NCBI RefSeq assembly: GCF_020745735.1
Contig: NC_083401.1
Location: 162,926,018 to 162,990,017 of the forward strand
DNA length: 64,000 nucleotides
Source: Hemiscyllium ocellatum
Taxonomy: Eukaryota
Reading direction: 5' to 3'
The notes under the pieces were generated by a model. The model had not been told where the DNA came from. It saw only the letters and a list, made by a program, of their open reading frames with translations, and did no database searches. Shown here in pieces: positions 38,710-51,214 of the stretch. A program made the position numbers and the translations under genes. The stretch's first letter is position 1. Every line of letters begins with the position of its first letter.

Positions 38710-41126
38710 GTCTCCAAAGCTAGTTCAGCTTTCCTTGGTTAAGGGTACCGAAATTGTTCACAGTATACCTGTTGAGGTCTGATTAATATTATGGTTCAGA
38801 CTAAACCCCTTCAAATATATCCAGGATATAGCCTAGACCCTAAATCTTCCTTATTTAAAGGCAATTGTAAGGTGCCGTGTCCAAATGTAATTTGATTGGT
38901 TACGCAAGTCGGTTTTAAGCAAAACACACTTTATTCTTACTCTACAGCTAAAAAGCAAACAAAAGATAGAAGAATTAGCCAACCTTAACTTTATTGGAAA
39001 ACTTAACAGAATAATAGATTATTTAAAAACTAATCATCAACTGTTCCAATACAATAACATCCCATAAACACACCTTTGGCGAAGGCAAATTCAATAAAAT
39101 AGATTATCTCACAAGCAATTCAAGCAACAGAGAAAACTCCAGCCTTTAGCTGTAACAGAGAGAGAGAGAGAGACCTTCCAGACCCAGCCTCAAAGCCCTA
39201 GCACTGCTGAAAGCTAAACTAAAACCCTGGATTCTGTGGGAGCCTGACCCCATCCATTCACCCTGCTTCCATTGTTCCAATTAAAAAAGCATTACGATTT
39301 GTTTACTTTATTGGTTTTGAATCGACGCTTGGCACCTCTATCTCAACTTCTCTTCATTTAAAAAAAAGACCAAAAAAGCCTTGGTATCTTCACCCTAGTG
39401 TGATGTATATTCTTATACTCTGTTCCATTTGAAATAAAGGCCAACATTCCATTTGCTTTTCCTATTACCAGTTGAATTTTGATGTTTGCTTTGATTGATT
39501 TATGCCCAAGGATTCCCAAATCTTCTGTGTGATAATATTCCTACATTTCCACTCCCTCCAACAATTCCTCTAACCCCCTCCCTCTCCCACATTCCTATCC
39601 CCTTTGCTCCACTCTGTCCACCTTCTGTACACAACTTTCTCTCAACCACTTCCCCCTCCTCATCTCTCTCCTTCTCTCCTCCTTCCTCTATTCTTCCTGC
39701 CAAAATGCATAACCTCACAATTTCCTATTTTATATTCCTTCTGCCAAGCTTTTGCCCACTTACTTAACGTGCCTCTGTCGTCCTCAAACATGTCTGTAGT
39801 ACATTCATTTTCAATCTTCCAAATCATTAATATATATTGTAAATAATTGTAATCCCTGAACCGGCATTCAACTAGTTACAGCTCACCATCCTGAAAATGT
39901 TTTAAAGGAAACCTTTATCGTCCAATAAGTGGCAAAGAATCTTGCAGTTCATACCACACTTCCAATACTCTACTGAACCCCCTAGCCCACCAGAAGTCAG
40001 CTCCTCATGCCTCTAAGGCTAAAAGCCTCTTCAAGCCTACTAGAGTCTCAGGACTAAGCTGTCCTGCATGCCTCTGGTCTCCAGACTCCAATTCCCACTC
40101 CTTCTCCTGTCTCAGGAGTATAACTAGCCAGCTCCCACATTCAGGACTACAACCTTCCCCGAATAACCCAGGCTTGGGACTATCCCTTCACGCCCACCCT
40201 ATCCCTATGGATCCTACCTCCCGTGCACTCCAGATTTGAGATATTTCCTCTCCTCTTCCAGCTTTGGGACTCTCCCCTCTTCTTCAGACTTGACCCACTT
40301 CCTTCCTTGCCCCAGGCTCAAGATCTTCCCTTCCAACTGTTTCTCCCCGCCCACCACAGGAGCAGGAGGTGAGCTAAGGGAGGTGGAGGAGAGAAGAAGG
40401 AAGGAGATGAGGACAGGGAAGTGGTTGAGAGCGTTGTGTAGGGAAGGTGGACAGGGTGGAGGAAAGGGGATAGGAATGTGGAGAGGGAGGGGGTAAAAGA
40501 GGGGTGGTGTGGGAGGGAATGTAAATCGAAGGGAGGAGGACTATAATAACACACATTAAGAATACCAGATAACACGATAATGATCTCTGTAGTAATTCAT
40601 CTGAGTTAAACAATTGCATACTACATGGCATTACAGCTGGGACCTAGAAGCATGTCTAAAACTTTGTGATCTCTAGCTAAGAATTTTTGCCTTGATCATG
40701 TCTGGGCTAACGATGCCTTGCTCAGTTCCCTGGTGCTTTTGTTTAAGTTTCATTCTTTGTGAGTTGCTTTCCAATGATTGCAGTTGAATGCTGCTGACTG
40801 CTTTAAAAGCATAAGGCTTGCAATTGATGTGGTTCAAAGCCGTGTGATTTACTTTCAGGGCTATGTGTTTCAATCGATCACTGTTAGCTCTCAGTCGATG
40901 ACTGAACATTTTGGAATGCAGATCATCGCAAATGGGTGCAAGGAAATGCTGTTGAGTAAAGAATTATGTCAAAATGTTCTGGTAGAGTTATCAAACAAAA
41001 ACAAGTTATTTCTTTAGAAAGGCTCACAAAAAGAATCAATGACTTTTCTCCCTCTCCGTTAATGTGGAGATACCGGTACAGTTAGATCTGAAAATGATGA
41101 CCCAAGTTTTCTTTGATCACCCACAG

Positions 41127-41235
41127 GTTTGAATGGAAATAGATCCTTGTCAGCTTCAACTATTCTTGATAAATATAAAGTTGGGAAGGTGATTGGAGAT
41201 GGGAATTTTGCCGTTGTTAAAGAATGTGTGGAACG
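41127..41235 (+). CDS. DCLK2: DCLK2 exon, start of kinase domain with Gly-rich loop: (G)[35 protein letters not shown](R)
   Basis: Acceptor ttttctttgatcacccacag, donor CG|gtaagt; 109 nt, phase 1 to 2. [12 protein letters not shown] is the DCLK P-loop; the NGNR..S.ST.L.KYK.GKVIG pattern matches DCLK2 rather than DCLK1. Confidence 0.96.
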
Positions 41236-41459
41236 GTAAGTCAACATAATGATACCTCTGAAACCTTTACTTATATTTAAGGGAACACCGCGAATGTGAT
41301 TTATTTAACAGACTGTTTTGCATTTTACACATGACTGAAATTTTTTCTGCAGAATTGTAGTGAAATGCTTTTTCCTACAGCATGTAGTAAGCTAAAGTTG
41401 CCACGGGGTCAGCTGTGGCTCATTCATAGCATACTCATCTCCAAGTGAGAACATTCTAG

Positions 41460-42760
41460 CAAAGCTACTTGGGCATGTAGCAGGCTGTTCCTATACAGCT
41501 ACTAGCGTCTATCTAAGATGTGGAAAATTGCCAGATATGTCCTGTTCATCAAAAAGCAGGACAAATCCAATTGGTCAATTAGTGATCAATCTATCTGTTC
41601 CCGATGATCACTAGAATGGTATAAGTGGACTTTGACAGTGCTATCGGCTGCACTGGTAAAGGTGTAACTTGCTCAGTGATGCTAAGTTTGGGTTTCCATC
41701 AGGGTCATTCAGCTCCTGACTTTGTTACAGTCTTGACCAAAACATGAACAATAGAGCTGAACTCCAGAGTTGAGTTGAGATTGATTGCCCTTGACATCAA
41801 AGGCAATGTTAGACTGAATGTGGCATCAGAAAGTCTTAGCAAAACTGGAGTTGGTGGGAACCAGGGGAAAATTCTCTGCTGGATGGAGTCATACTTTGCA
41901 TAAAGGAAGAAGATTGTGGTTGTTGGAGATCAGTCAGCTTGGTTCCAGGACATCTCTGCAGGAGTTCCTCAGGGTAGTGTCCTCAGCCCAACCATTTCAG
42001 TTGCTTCATCAATGACTTTTTCTCCATCATAAGGTCAGAGGTGAGACTGTTTGCTGATGATTGAAAAATGCTCAATACCATTTGCAATTCCTGAGGTGCT
42101 GATTTGTACCACACACGTGTCAGGCAATGTCTTTTGACAAGAGAGAATCTTATCATCATTCCTTGCCATTCAAATGCATTATCATCATTGAATGCCTTGC
42201 AATCAACATCCTGGCTGTTATCAATGACCAGAAACTGAACTAGACCAGCGGTACAAATACAGTGGCTGCAAGACCAAATAAAAGGCTAAGAATCTTGAAG
42301 GGGTAACTCACCCCATCTCCCAAAAGCCTGTCCACTCTCCACAAGGCACAAGTCATGAGTGTGATGGAATACTCCCCACTTGCCTGGATGATTGCAGCTC
42401 CAACAACATTCAAGAAGCTTAACACCATCCAAGGCAAAGCTGCCCACTTCGTTGGAATCCCATTCACCACTTTCAAATTGACTTATTTTCCATTGACACA
42501 ATGTGGCAGCAAGCATGACATGTAGAAAATGCATTGCATTCCCTTACCAAGGCTCCTTGCAAACCTGTGACCTCTGCCATCTAGGAGAAGACTGGCAACA
42601 GATGCAAGGGAACAGCATTATTTGCAAATTCCTCTTCCCAGCCACACACCATCCTGACTAGGAATTATTTCACTATTCGTTCCCTGTATCTGCGTCAAAA
42701 TAAAGAACTCTGTGACTAACAGCACTGTGAATGTCTCTATGCCCCAAGTACTGGTGTGGT
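41460..42760 (+). mobile_element. Second CR1-group LINE family, RT and C-terminal remnant (other copies at ~49580-50320 minus, ~53650-54030 and ~55250-55790 plus)
   Basis: IALDIK, GVPQGSVLSP, LFADD and MEYSPLAWMIAAPTTFKKLNTIQ motifs. Confidence 0.8.
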
Positions 42761-42769
42761 TAGGGGTGT

Positions 42770-43110
42770 CCTTATAGAGGTTTGAGGGGCAGGGATAGGG
42801 TAAATAGACTAGGTCTTTTCCCTGGGGTGGGGGAGTCCAGAACTAGAGGGCATGGGTTTAAGGTTAGAGTGGAACGATTTAGAAGGGACCTAAGGGGCAA
42901 CTTGTTCACGCAGATGGTGGTGTGTGTATGGAATGAACTGTCAGAGGAAGTGGTGGAGGCTGTACAATTGCAACATTGAAAAGGATATATGAATAGGAAG
43001 GGATATGGGTCAAGTGCTGACAAATGGGATTAGATTAATTCAGATTATCTGATCAGCATGGACGAGTTGGACCAAAGGGTCTGTTTCTGTGCTGTACATC
43101 TCTATGACTG
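42770..43110 (+). mobile_element. CR1/HER1 3' fragment
   Basis: ORF 42782-42979 and a ctctatgact tail. Confidence 0.88.
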
Positions 43111-43221
43111 TACCACCTTCTCCAGCGCAATGCGCATTTTAGCACTAAATGTTGGTTTAGCCAAAGACACCTACATCTGATGTAGGAATCAAAAATCTTG
43201 TATTATTTCAAAACCCGTTTT

Positions 43222-43534
43222 GGGCGGCACGGTGGCACAGTGGTTAGCACTGCTGCCTCACAGCGCCTGAGACCTGGGTTCAATTCCCGACTCAGGCGAC
43301 TGACTGTGTGGAGTTTGCACGTTCTCCCCATGTCTGCGTGGGTTTCCTCCGGGTACTCCGGTTTCCTCCCACAGTCCAAAGATGTGTGGGTCAGGTGAAT
43401 TGGCCATGCTAAATTGCCCGTAGTGTGAGGTAAGGGGTAAATGTAGGGGTATGGGTGGGTTTCGCTTCGGCGGGTCGGTGTGGACTTGTTGGGCCGAAGG
43501 GCCTGTTTCCACGCTGTAAGTCTAATCTAATCTA
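43222..43534 (+). mobile_element. HE1-type V-SINE
   Basis: Full SINE structure with A/B boxes, V-domain and (aatct)n tail. Confidence 0.93.
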
Positions 43535-44282
43535 TGTAAAAGTCTAGATGAACAGTCCATTGCAGTACGTAGGAATACTGTGATGTCAGACATGTTGTGT
43601 TTCAGAAGAACATGCCACTATTTCCTGCAGAGAAAGGATTATCCCCAGTGACCTGGGTAAGGTTTATTCCCTATATTTGTAAAACAGATTATGTGGTCAT
43701 TATGCAGAATATTGCTTCACCCCAATTTGACAGCCATTTTCCCTACATGACGGCAGTCACTCCATTACCAAAGTACCTAATTGACTATAAAGCATTTGAG
43801 AACATACTGTGATGTCAAAGAAGATAAACTGTCACGTGATAGATAAGTTTCTGAGTTAAAAACCAATTTTATGTGTGATGCTCCCAGTGTCTTTATATTA
43901 TTTAAATGGCTAATTCACCTCATGGAATCATCCTCCCTCCAGCTCTATTAATCTTGGAAAGTGACTGAATGGAGTCAGGTTCAGGGCTTTCTTCAAATTT
44001 TCCCATCTTACCTAACTGCGGTCTCATAATTTGGATTGTTTAAATTAATTAAGTGAGCTCAAAAATCCTCGAGTCATCTGTTGCTTTCCTTCAAGTCCAA
44101 TCAGGCCTGTGACTTAGATCAGTACTGTGATGTACTGTTACACGTTTCTATTTTATGGCACAATCTGCAATCTTCCATAGATGTGTACCCATACATCAGA
44201 AAAAGAGGCTGTGACTGCAGTGGTGAGTTACTAGCACAGCTCAAGTATAGGTTTTGCACCAGGCAGCCTCTATTCAATAGGC

Positions 44283-45155
44283 AAAAGTGAGGTCTGCAGA
44301 TGCTGGAGATCAGAGTCTACATTAGAGTGGTGCCAGAAAAGCACAGCAGGTCAGGCAGCATCCGAGGAGCAGGAAAATCGGCGTTTCGGGCAAAAGCCCT
44401 TCTTCAGGAATGAAGGCAGGGAGCCTCTGGGGTGGAGAATTAAATGGGAGGGGGGTGGGGCTGAGGAGAATGTAGCAAAGAATACAATAGGTGGGTTGGG
44501 GGCTGGAATGAAGGTGATAGGTCAGAGAGGAGGGTGGAGTGGATAGGTGGGAAGGAAGATTGACAGGTGGGACAGGTCATGAGGATGGTGCTGAGCTGAA
44601 GGTTGGAACTGGGGTAAGGTGGGGGGAGGGGAACTTAGGAAACTGGTGAAGACCACATTGATGCCCTGGGGTTGAAGTGTTCCAAGGTAGAAGATGAGGC
44701 GTTCTTCCTCCAGGCATCGGGTGGTGAAGGAGTAACAATGGGGCAGGCCCAAGACCTGCATGTCCTCGGCAGTGTGAGGGCGAGTTGAAATGTCGGGCCA
44801 CGGTCTTTAAAGAAGGATGCCATCTGGTCCTCCTGGGAGCAGATATGGTGGAGGTGGAGGAATTGGGAATACGGAATGGCATTTTTGCAGGAGGTAGGGT
44901 GGGAAGAGGTGTAATCCAGGTAGCTGTGGGAGTCGGTGGGTTTGTAAAAAAATGTCAGTCTCAAGTCGGTCGTCATTGGAGATGGAGAGGTCCAGGAAGG
45001 GGAGGGAGGTGTCAGAGATGGTCCATGTGAATTTAAGGTCAGGGTGGAATGTGTTTGTGAAGTTCATGAATTGCTCAACCTCCTTGTGGGAACACGAGGT
45101 GGCGCTGATACCATCATCAGTGTAGCGGAGGAATCGGTGGGGAGTGGTGCCAGAG
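44283..45155 (-). mobile_element. Penelope family A 3' fragment: RT C-terminus, GIY-YIG C-terminus and pLTR with hammerhead
   Basis: FLRYTDDG...FHPDLKFT...LPFLDLSI, YKPTDSHSYLDYTSSHP...AIPYSQFL and LEEERLIFYLGTLQPQGIN. These run into the same terminus as the mini-elements (core at ~44378-44408). Confidence 0.92.
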
Positions 45156-45283
45156 AACCAGATATCCTGACTTCCTAGGATTATGTATGTGGACCTCACC
45201 TGGGAATCCTGGGATTGGTCCTTGCTCTGGATTTCTGAAGACTTTGGTCTGTAATTTGAAACTCAGCACTTCTGGCGGCATCT

Positions 45284-45584
45284 GATTAGATTAGATTCCC
45301 TACAGTGTGGGAACAGGCCCAACAAGTCCACTCTGAAGAGCAACCCACCCAGACCCATTTCCCTCTGACTAGTGCACCTAATACTATGGGCAATTAGCAT
45401 GGCCAATTCACCTGCCCTGCACATCTTCAGACTGTGGGAGGAAACCAGAGCACCCGGAGGAAACCCACGCAGACACGGGGAGAACGTGCAAACTCCACAC
45501 AGACAGTCACCCAAGGCTGGAATCAAACCTGGGACCCTGGTGCTGTGAGGCAGCTGTGCTAACCACTGAGCCACCATGCCGCCC
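45284..45584 (-). mobile_element. HE1-type V-SINE
   Basis: Reverse complement of the full SINE. Confidence 0.92.
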
Positions 45585-46234
45585 ACTTGTGGAGATGTTT
45601 TGAGTCCAGTGACCTTTCTGGAATTTAGCCTGACGTACCTCCTTTTACAGGGCTCTTTCAGAATGCTGTTTCATCTTGAAGTTACAACTAACCTTAGAAG
45701 GAGTTATCCCACCCTCCTGCTGCTGTCCCACCCACACTCTGGGTAGATGCCCATCATGTCACAGTGCCTGTTTCTATCTGGCATAATTACCCCTAATTAT
45801 TCCTTCAGTGGTGCTTCTCAACTGTTGCAAAAGCAGTTCATGTTAAACAAACCCTACCACTCCACCAGTCACACCATTAGTATATATGTGTCCACTCAGT
45901 TACCAAATTAACCAGTGCTTCTTTTTGTACCACTATAGAAAATAGAAATGTCCCCAGGCTTCAATAAACTCAAAATAATCTGTTTATTATGAACAAAGTG
46001 TTTATTCTTGAAGCAAGTGCTAAATATGATCAACATCTAAACTATGATCTGGAATTAGACTATGTCTCCTTAACTCCCACACACCAACTGTCACAGCACT
46101 AAAAGAAAGGTTTCTCTCAAGATTTTCTTTGTAAGTCCAAGGGGACAAAGCAATCCTAGTGGATCAAAGATCTGGAATAAAGAATGGAATATGATAACTT
46201 CTGACATCATTGGATTTCCCTTTGATGAAACTGA

Positions 46235-46385
46235 ATTACTGACAAACTACAATCATGTGATGTTCCTCAGCTGCTGCCTTTGCAACCACCTCATTCCTCA
46301 AGGCTTACAAGAACGCTTTAAACCCTCCAAATTTGGACCCACCCTTGATGCTCCATACTTGCAACACCTCCACAAATTGTACTCG
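46235..46385 (+). mobile_element. Probable Penelope ORF N-terminal fragment
   Basis: TNYNHVMFLSCCLCNHLIPQGLQ..FKPSKFGP resembles the H..FL..C....LIP.GL motif of Penelope N-termini. Confidence 0.55.
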
Positions 46386-48551
46386 CTGAATTACTGATAG
46401 TCGTACAGTGGCGTACATGTCCAGTTCCAACCAATTTCATTCAAGTTCCTGAATGTTGGTCACAGTCCATCATTTCAGGTATTATGGAGGAGACACAAAT
46501 ATCGGTTTTTGGAAACTCTGATCCGGGTTTCAGGGGCTTTTAATGAGAACAGGTTTTCAGGAGTTTTGCAGCTTCAAGAATGTTTTCTTTAATCTGACTC
46601 TTGGGTCTGTATAACAGAATTCTAAATCCATAGAGGACTGCAAGGCAGTCATTAGCAAAGGGAGCCTAACTCCCTCAAAGCCAGTAACTCAGGAAATAAA
46701 CCTCATTTTCTTATTTCCTTGAAACCTTTGCTTTGCTGTTTCCCCAAAATCACTTGATTTCCAGTTCAAAACAGGAAAAGCACCGTGAGCATTTATTCAT
46801 TTCCAAGAAATCACACGTAAAATCAATTTGAATTTGGAGAATGTGCAAACTGTTAAAAAGGTCCAGCTAGTCTTTAAGTATAAATATGTATTCCCAACAG
46901 CTCAAACAACCTGGCACATACACAAGGCTTCATGACGTTGAACTTTTACAAGCTCAATAATCTTTTGCCCCATGATAGAATTACAGCTTTTAAAAACAAG
47001 TTATCAAATGAAGATGTTAAAATGAAATATATAACAGCATTGATGTATTACTGACATCAATGGTCTCCATGTCCATGATAATGACACTGACAGACACACA
47101 TGCTCAATGTTAGAGTTCGTAATATACATTATCGATGAGAAAAACACACAACTGACTGAGAAAAAGATTGCCTGTGGACGTAAGGGTCTCTGGCAGTTTG
47201 GTATTTTATTTAACAAATAGACAATTAAAAAGTGAAATTGCTGTTGTAAATTTTGCTGTTTGCTAGAGAGAGATTTGAGTTGTTCTTTTCATTGTTGTCC
47301 TGTGAATCCAGCCTTATTTATCGATTTACTAAAGAAAAACATTGCAGAGGACTGGTCGTGCTCTGACATGTTTTCTTTGACTTCATGTATAAAAGTATGA
47401 AAATGATGGGTTACAAAAAAAGCAGTTGTTCCATTAAACCTGTCTCCCCCACATTCGTGATGCCTTAAGCATCATGACTCACCGCACTTCCACCCACCAG
47501 CCCCATGTGACCTCAATCAGAAAATTAAATGGAAATGTTTTGTGTGTATGCATCCAATCCACAGCGCATAAGCAGTCATGATCATTCCTTCTTATAATGA
47601 AGGTGAGAGCAGTTCTGCATGGAACAGCTGTTAGATTTCCAAATACTATCATCAAGACATCTTATTCACTCCTATTGCTTATAAATCTGGTTTCAAGCTT
47701 TTTCAGTGCTGTGCTATAATTTGCTGTCAGTCAAGAACATTTTTAGAAGAGAAGGGGCTATGCATGCCTTTACTCTCCATTTTGCTATTTTGAGGTGCTT
47801 CATGTAAAAATCCACTGGGTTGTTAATGCTCATCTAGAGAAGGACTTGCAACCTTAGATGTCTGACAAGATTATTTGATTTGAAACTGTGTGATTAGATG
47901 GTGAGTGCAGGAGTTCCTGAAATCTTCCAATATTCCTGTTGTTAGGATGCAATATGTTACCAGTGCACAGGAAGATTATATCTACCATTGGAGTCCTGTC
48001 AGTGAGCCCAGTGGAAGCTGCACGCGTGGGAAGAACAGCACTAAGCTTCTGTACTTTACAAATGTAGCTTCAAACTGTATCGTCAAAGAATCACTCCTTG
48101 TATGCCATATTTTAAGCTGAACTCACTACATATTACCTGTCAATTGATGATTAGGATTTCAGCTTCTGATCACACAGTGACCCAACTGTCTGAGGTTCAC
48201 ATTGATTTAAATGCAGCAACTGTAAGTTGGGAGTTCTTGCACATTCAAAGCTTCTCATCCCTTGTGCCTCTCATACCAAGTCCGTACATAGGACAGAATT
48301 GTCAATAGGAGAAGGGTGATCTCGGGGGACAGGAAGGGGTAAAAAGACCTGAAAATATCTCCATCTCAGAAACCCGAGAGAACCACCAACAAATTCCAGG
48401 TTTTTCCAAAATTCGTTACAAAGTGAGCAAAGGTCTCTTGAAGAACTGTCAGGTTAGTAATTTAAATATTCAAGCAAGCGGTTAACTGTGTTTATCCCTC
48501 TGGTTTTAGGTAGCGTAGGAACGGGTGTAGGCCATTAAACCCTTGATGAGA

Positions 48552-48755
48552 CAATGAGGTCTGCAGATGCTGGAGATCAGATTTGAGAGTGTGTTGCTGG
48601 AAAAGCACAGCAGGTCAGGCAGCATCTGAGGAGCAGGAAAATCCACATTTCAGGCAAAAGCCCTTCATAAGGAAGGGTTCCGGCCCAAAATGTCGATTTT
48701 CCTGCTCCTCGGATGCTGCCTGATCTGTTGTGCTTTTCCAGCAAGGCACTGTCAA
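48552..48755. mobile_element. Penelope family A fold-back mini-element with 14-bp TSD, inserted in a CR1 3' end
   Basis: cattaaacccttga at 48533-48546 and 48756-48769. The arms invert at ~48670, inside the hammerhead core; both cores are decayed. Confidence 0.87.
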
Positions 48756-50325
48756 CATTAAACCCTTGAGCCTGTTCCGACATTCAATGAGATCATGGCT
48801 GATCTATGGTTAACTCCACATACCTGTCTTTGGCCCAAAACCCTAATACCTTTGCTTAACAAAAATGTGTCTATCCCAAATAGAGTATAGGTTCCTGATC
48901 TACGTGGAACTTGCAAGGATCAGTAAAGTGAGCCCTTGTTCAATGACATTGACAGGCTGGGAAGCCTTTAAACAGCAAAACTGAAGATCAACTATCCTGC
49001 CTTTGTGAACGTCCTGGAGTAACAGCACTTGTGCAGAGGACCCGGTTTCACTAGTTCGTGAATGAGTTCCAACTTTTTGCATATAATTTCACTTGTCTTT
49101 GATTCATCCTCCATTTTAATCTTTCACTGCATATTGGAGCAACATAAGCAGCCAATGTTGATCGTAAGCAACAAGAGAAACAACGACTCCAAAAACCAAA
49201 AGAAGCAGATTAATTGCAGCTGCTTCCTCCTCCTGGGTACGTCTCTCCACAGACAGAGGGGATGGACACAGAACTCCAGCACAAGGGTACTGACATTCCC
49301 AGCACAGGGTCTGCAGGCATGTTCTTTGCAGCAGTGTGCTTCAAGACATTCAGACTTCCAGGGAAGGTCTTTGCTGACATCTACAGCCTTTTGAATAAGA
49401 CCTCTTTCCCAGACAACTGGAGAACTGTCAGGGTCACCACAGCCCAAGATTTGGTTAGCCCTGGTTCCTTCCAGGGATCTGCTGCCACAGTAAAACGCTG
49501 AGGTATCTTTTGGCATTTGTTACAAGGGCAACCATTTAAATCCGCTTTGACACTGAAGTCAGAGAAAATCAGAAGATTTTTTTTATTCATTCACATGATG
49601 TGAATGTTGCTGGTTAAGCCAGTATTTGTTGTCCATTCTGAATTGCCTTTGCCGATGTGGAACCACTGCAGGGCTTGACGAGACTGTTTGGGATGGAGCT
49701 CCGGGATTTTGATCTTGTGACAGCGAAGGGACGATAATATATTTCCATGTCAGGATGGCTTATGGCTTGGAAAGGAACTTGGATGATGTTCTTGTGCATT
49801 GGCTATCCTTGTTCTTTTAGCTGATAGAGCAGCTGGGCTTGGGTGATGCAGTGGAGCGAACTTTGGTGAGTTGGGATGGTGCATTAGGTAGAGAGTACGT
49901 GCTGCTGCAGTGGTGCATTGAAGGGAGTGAATGCTGGAGGTGTTGGATAGGGTGTCAATTAAGCTGGTCACTTTGCTTTGGCTGGTGTTCAGTTTCTTGG
50001 ATGTGGTTGGATATACGCTGCAAGTGGGGAGTGTTCTGTCACTGAGTAGCTGTTTGACAGGGTTTCAGGAGTTAAGTGAATTATTTGCCTCCAAATTCCA
50101 GGCCTCTGACCTTTTTATGCAGTCACACATTTATATGGCTGGGAGGAGTTCAGTTTCTCAGCAATGGTAATCCTCAGGATGTTGATGATAAAGGATTCAG
50201 CAATCGTAACACCATTGAATGTCTTGGGGAGATGGTTAGATTCTCTGGTTAGAGATGGTCATTTCCTTGTATGTTACAAATGTTACTTTTCAGTCCTTGT
50301 CCAAGCCATGCTGCATATGGATATG

Positions 50326-50678
50326 GGTATGGCACAGTGGCTCAGTTGTTAGCACTAATGCCTGACAGTGCCAGGGACCCGAGCTTGATTCCAGCCTCAA
50401 GTGACTGTTTGGGTGGAGTTTGCACATTCTCCCCGTGTCTGCATGGCTTTCGTCCAGCTTCCTCCCACAGTCCAAAGAACTGCAGATTAGGTGGATTGGC
50501 CCTGCTAAATTGCCCACAGTGTCCAAGAATATGCAGGCTAGGTGGACTTGACAGACGAAATGCAGAATTACAGAGATAGGGTAAAGGGGATAGATCTGAG
50601 TGGGATACTCTTCGGAGAGTTGGTATGGACTCGCTGGGCCGAATGGCCTGCTTCCACACTGTAGCGATTCTGTGATTC
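50326..50678 (+). mobile_element. Older HE1-type V-SINE
   Basis: tggcacagtggctcag head, V-domain and CR1-like tail. Confidence 0.82.
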
Positions 50679-51214
50679 AATGAAAATTTTGATACAATCC
50701 ACTTGGGAAAATGCACTGGTTCTCAAGGCCTCCAGCTGCCTGGGTTACCACAGAACATCAATGATCTGATCACAGCATGCAAAGCTCCTGACTTACCTTT
50801 CAGTTGGAATCGAGTCAATGTGAAACACTGACCAGGTTCCTGTATTTAACAAGACCCACTATTTATTACAAGCAAGTGAATTCTAATCACAAGTAAGCAG
50901 TTATGAGCTATCAGTAGATGGCTCTACTGGTTAAACTCTAACCAACTTTTAAAACCCCTATTATACCCATAGACAGACAGACAGGAAAATGAAAAACATT
51001 CATGTTATGGGTGGAGGGGAAAACCGATCTGGGATCCACAGTTCACTAGCACCAGTCCATAGCATTCATTGAGATGATCCTTTTGTTTGCTAGGACTTTC
51101 TGTTCTTCATTCTCCTTCTTTCAGGTTCTTTTGACCTCTCTGCAGGAGGCACAGGGTGACTGGTACAACAATTTTTTAGTTACTGGTTAAAGGCAACTGC
51201 AGAAAGCAACTTTT

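Noticed and set aside
21500-49520. Possible Tx1/L1 coding remnants at ~21550-22100 and ~48900-49520, and coding-like sequence at ~36500-36870
   Set aside because: Only vague similarity by eye and no diagnostic motif; would need a profile search.
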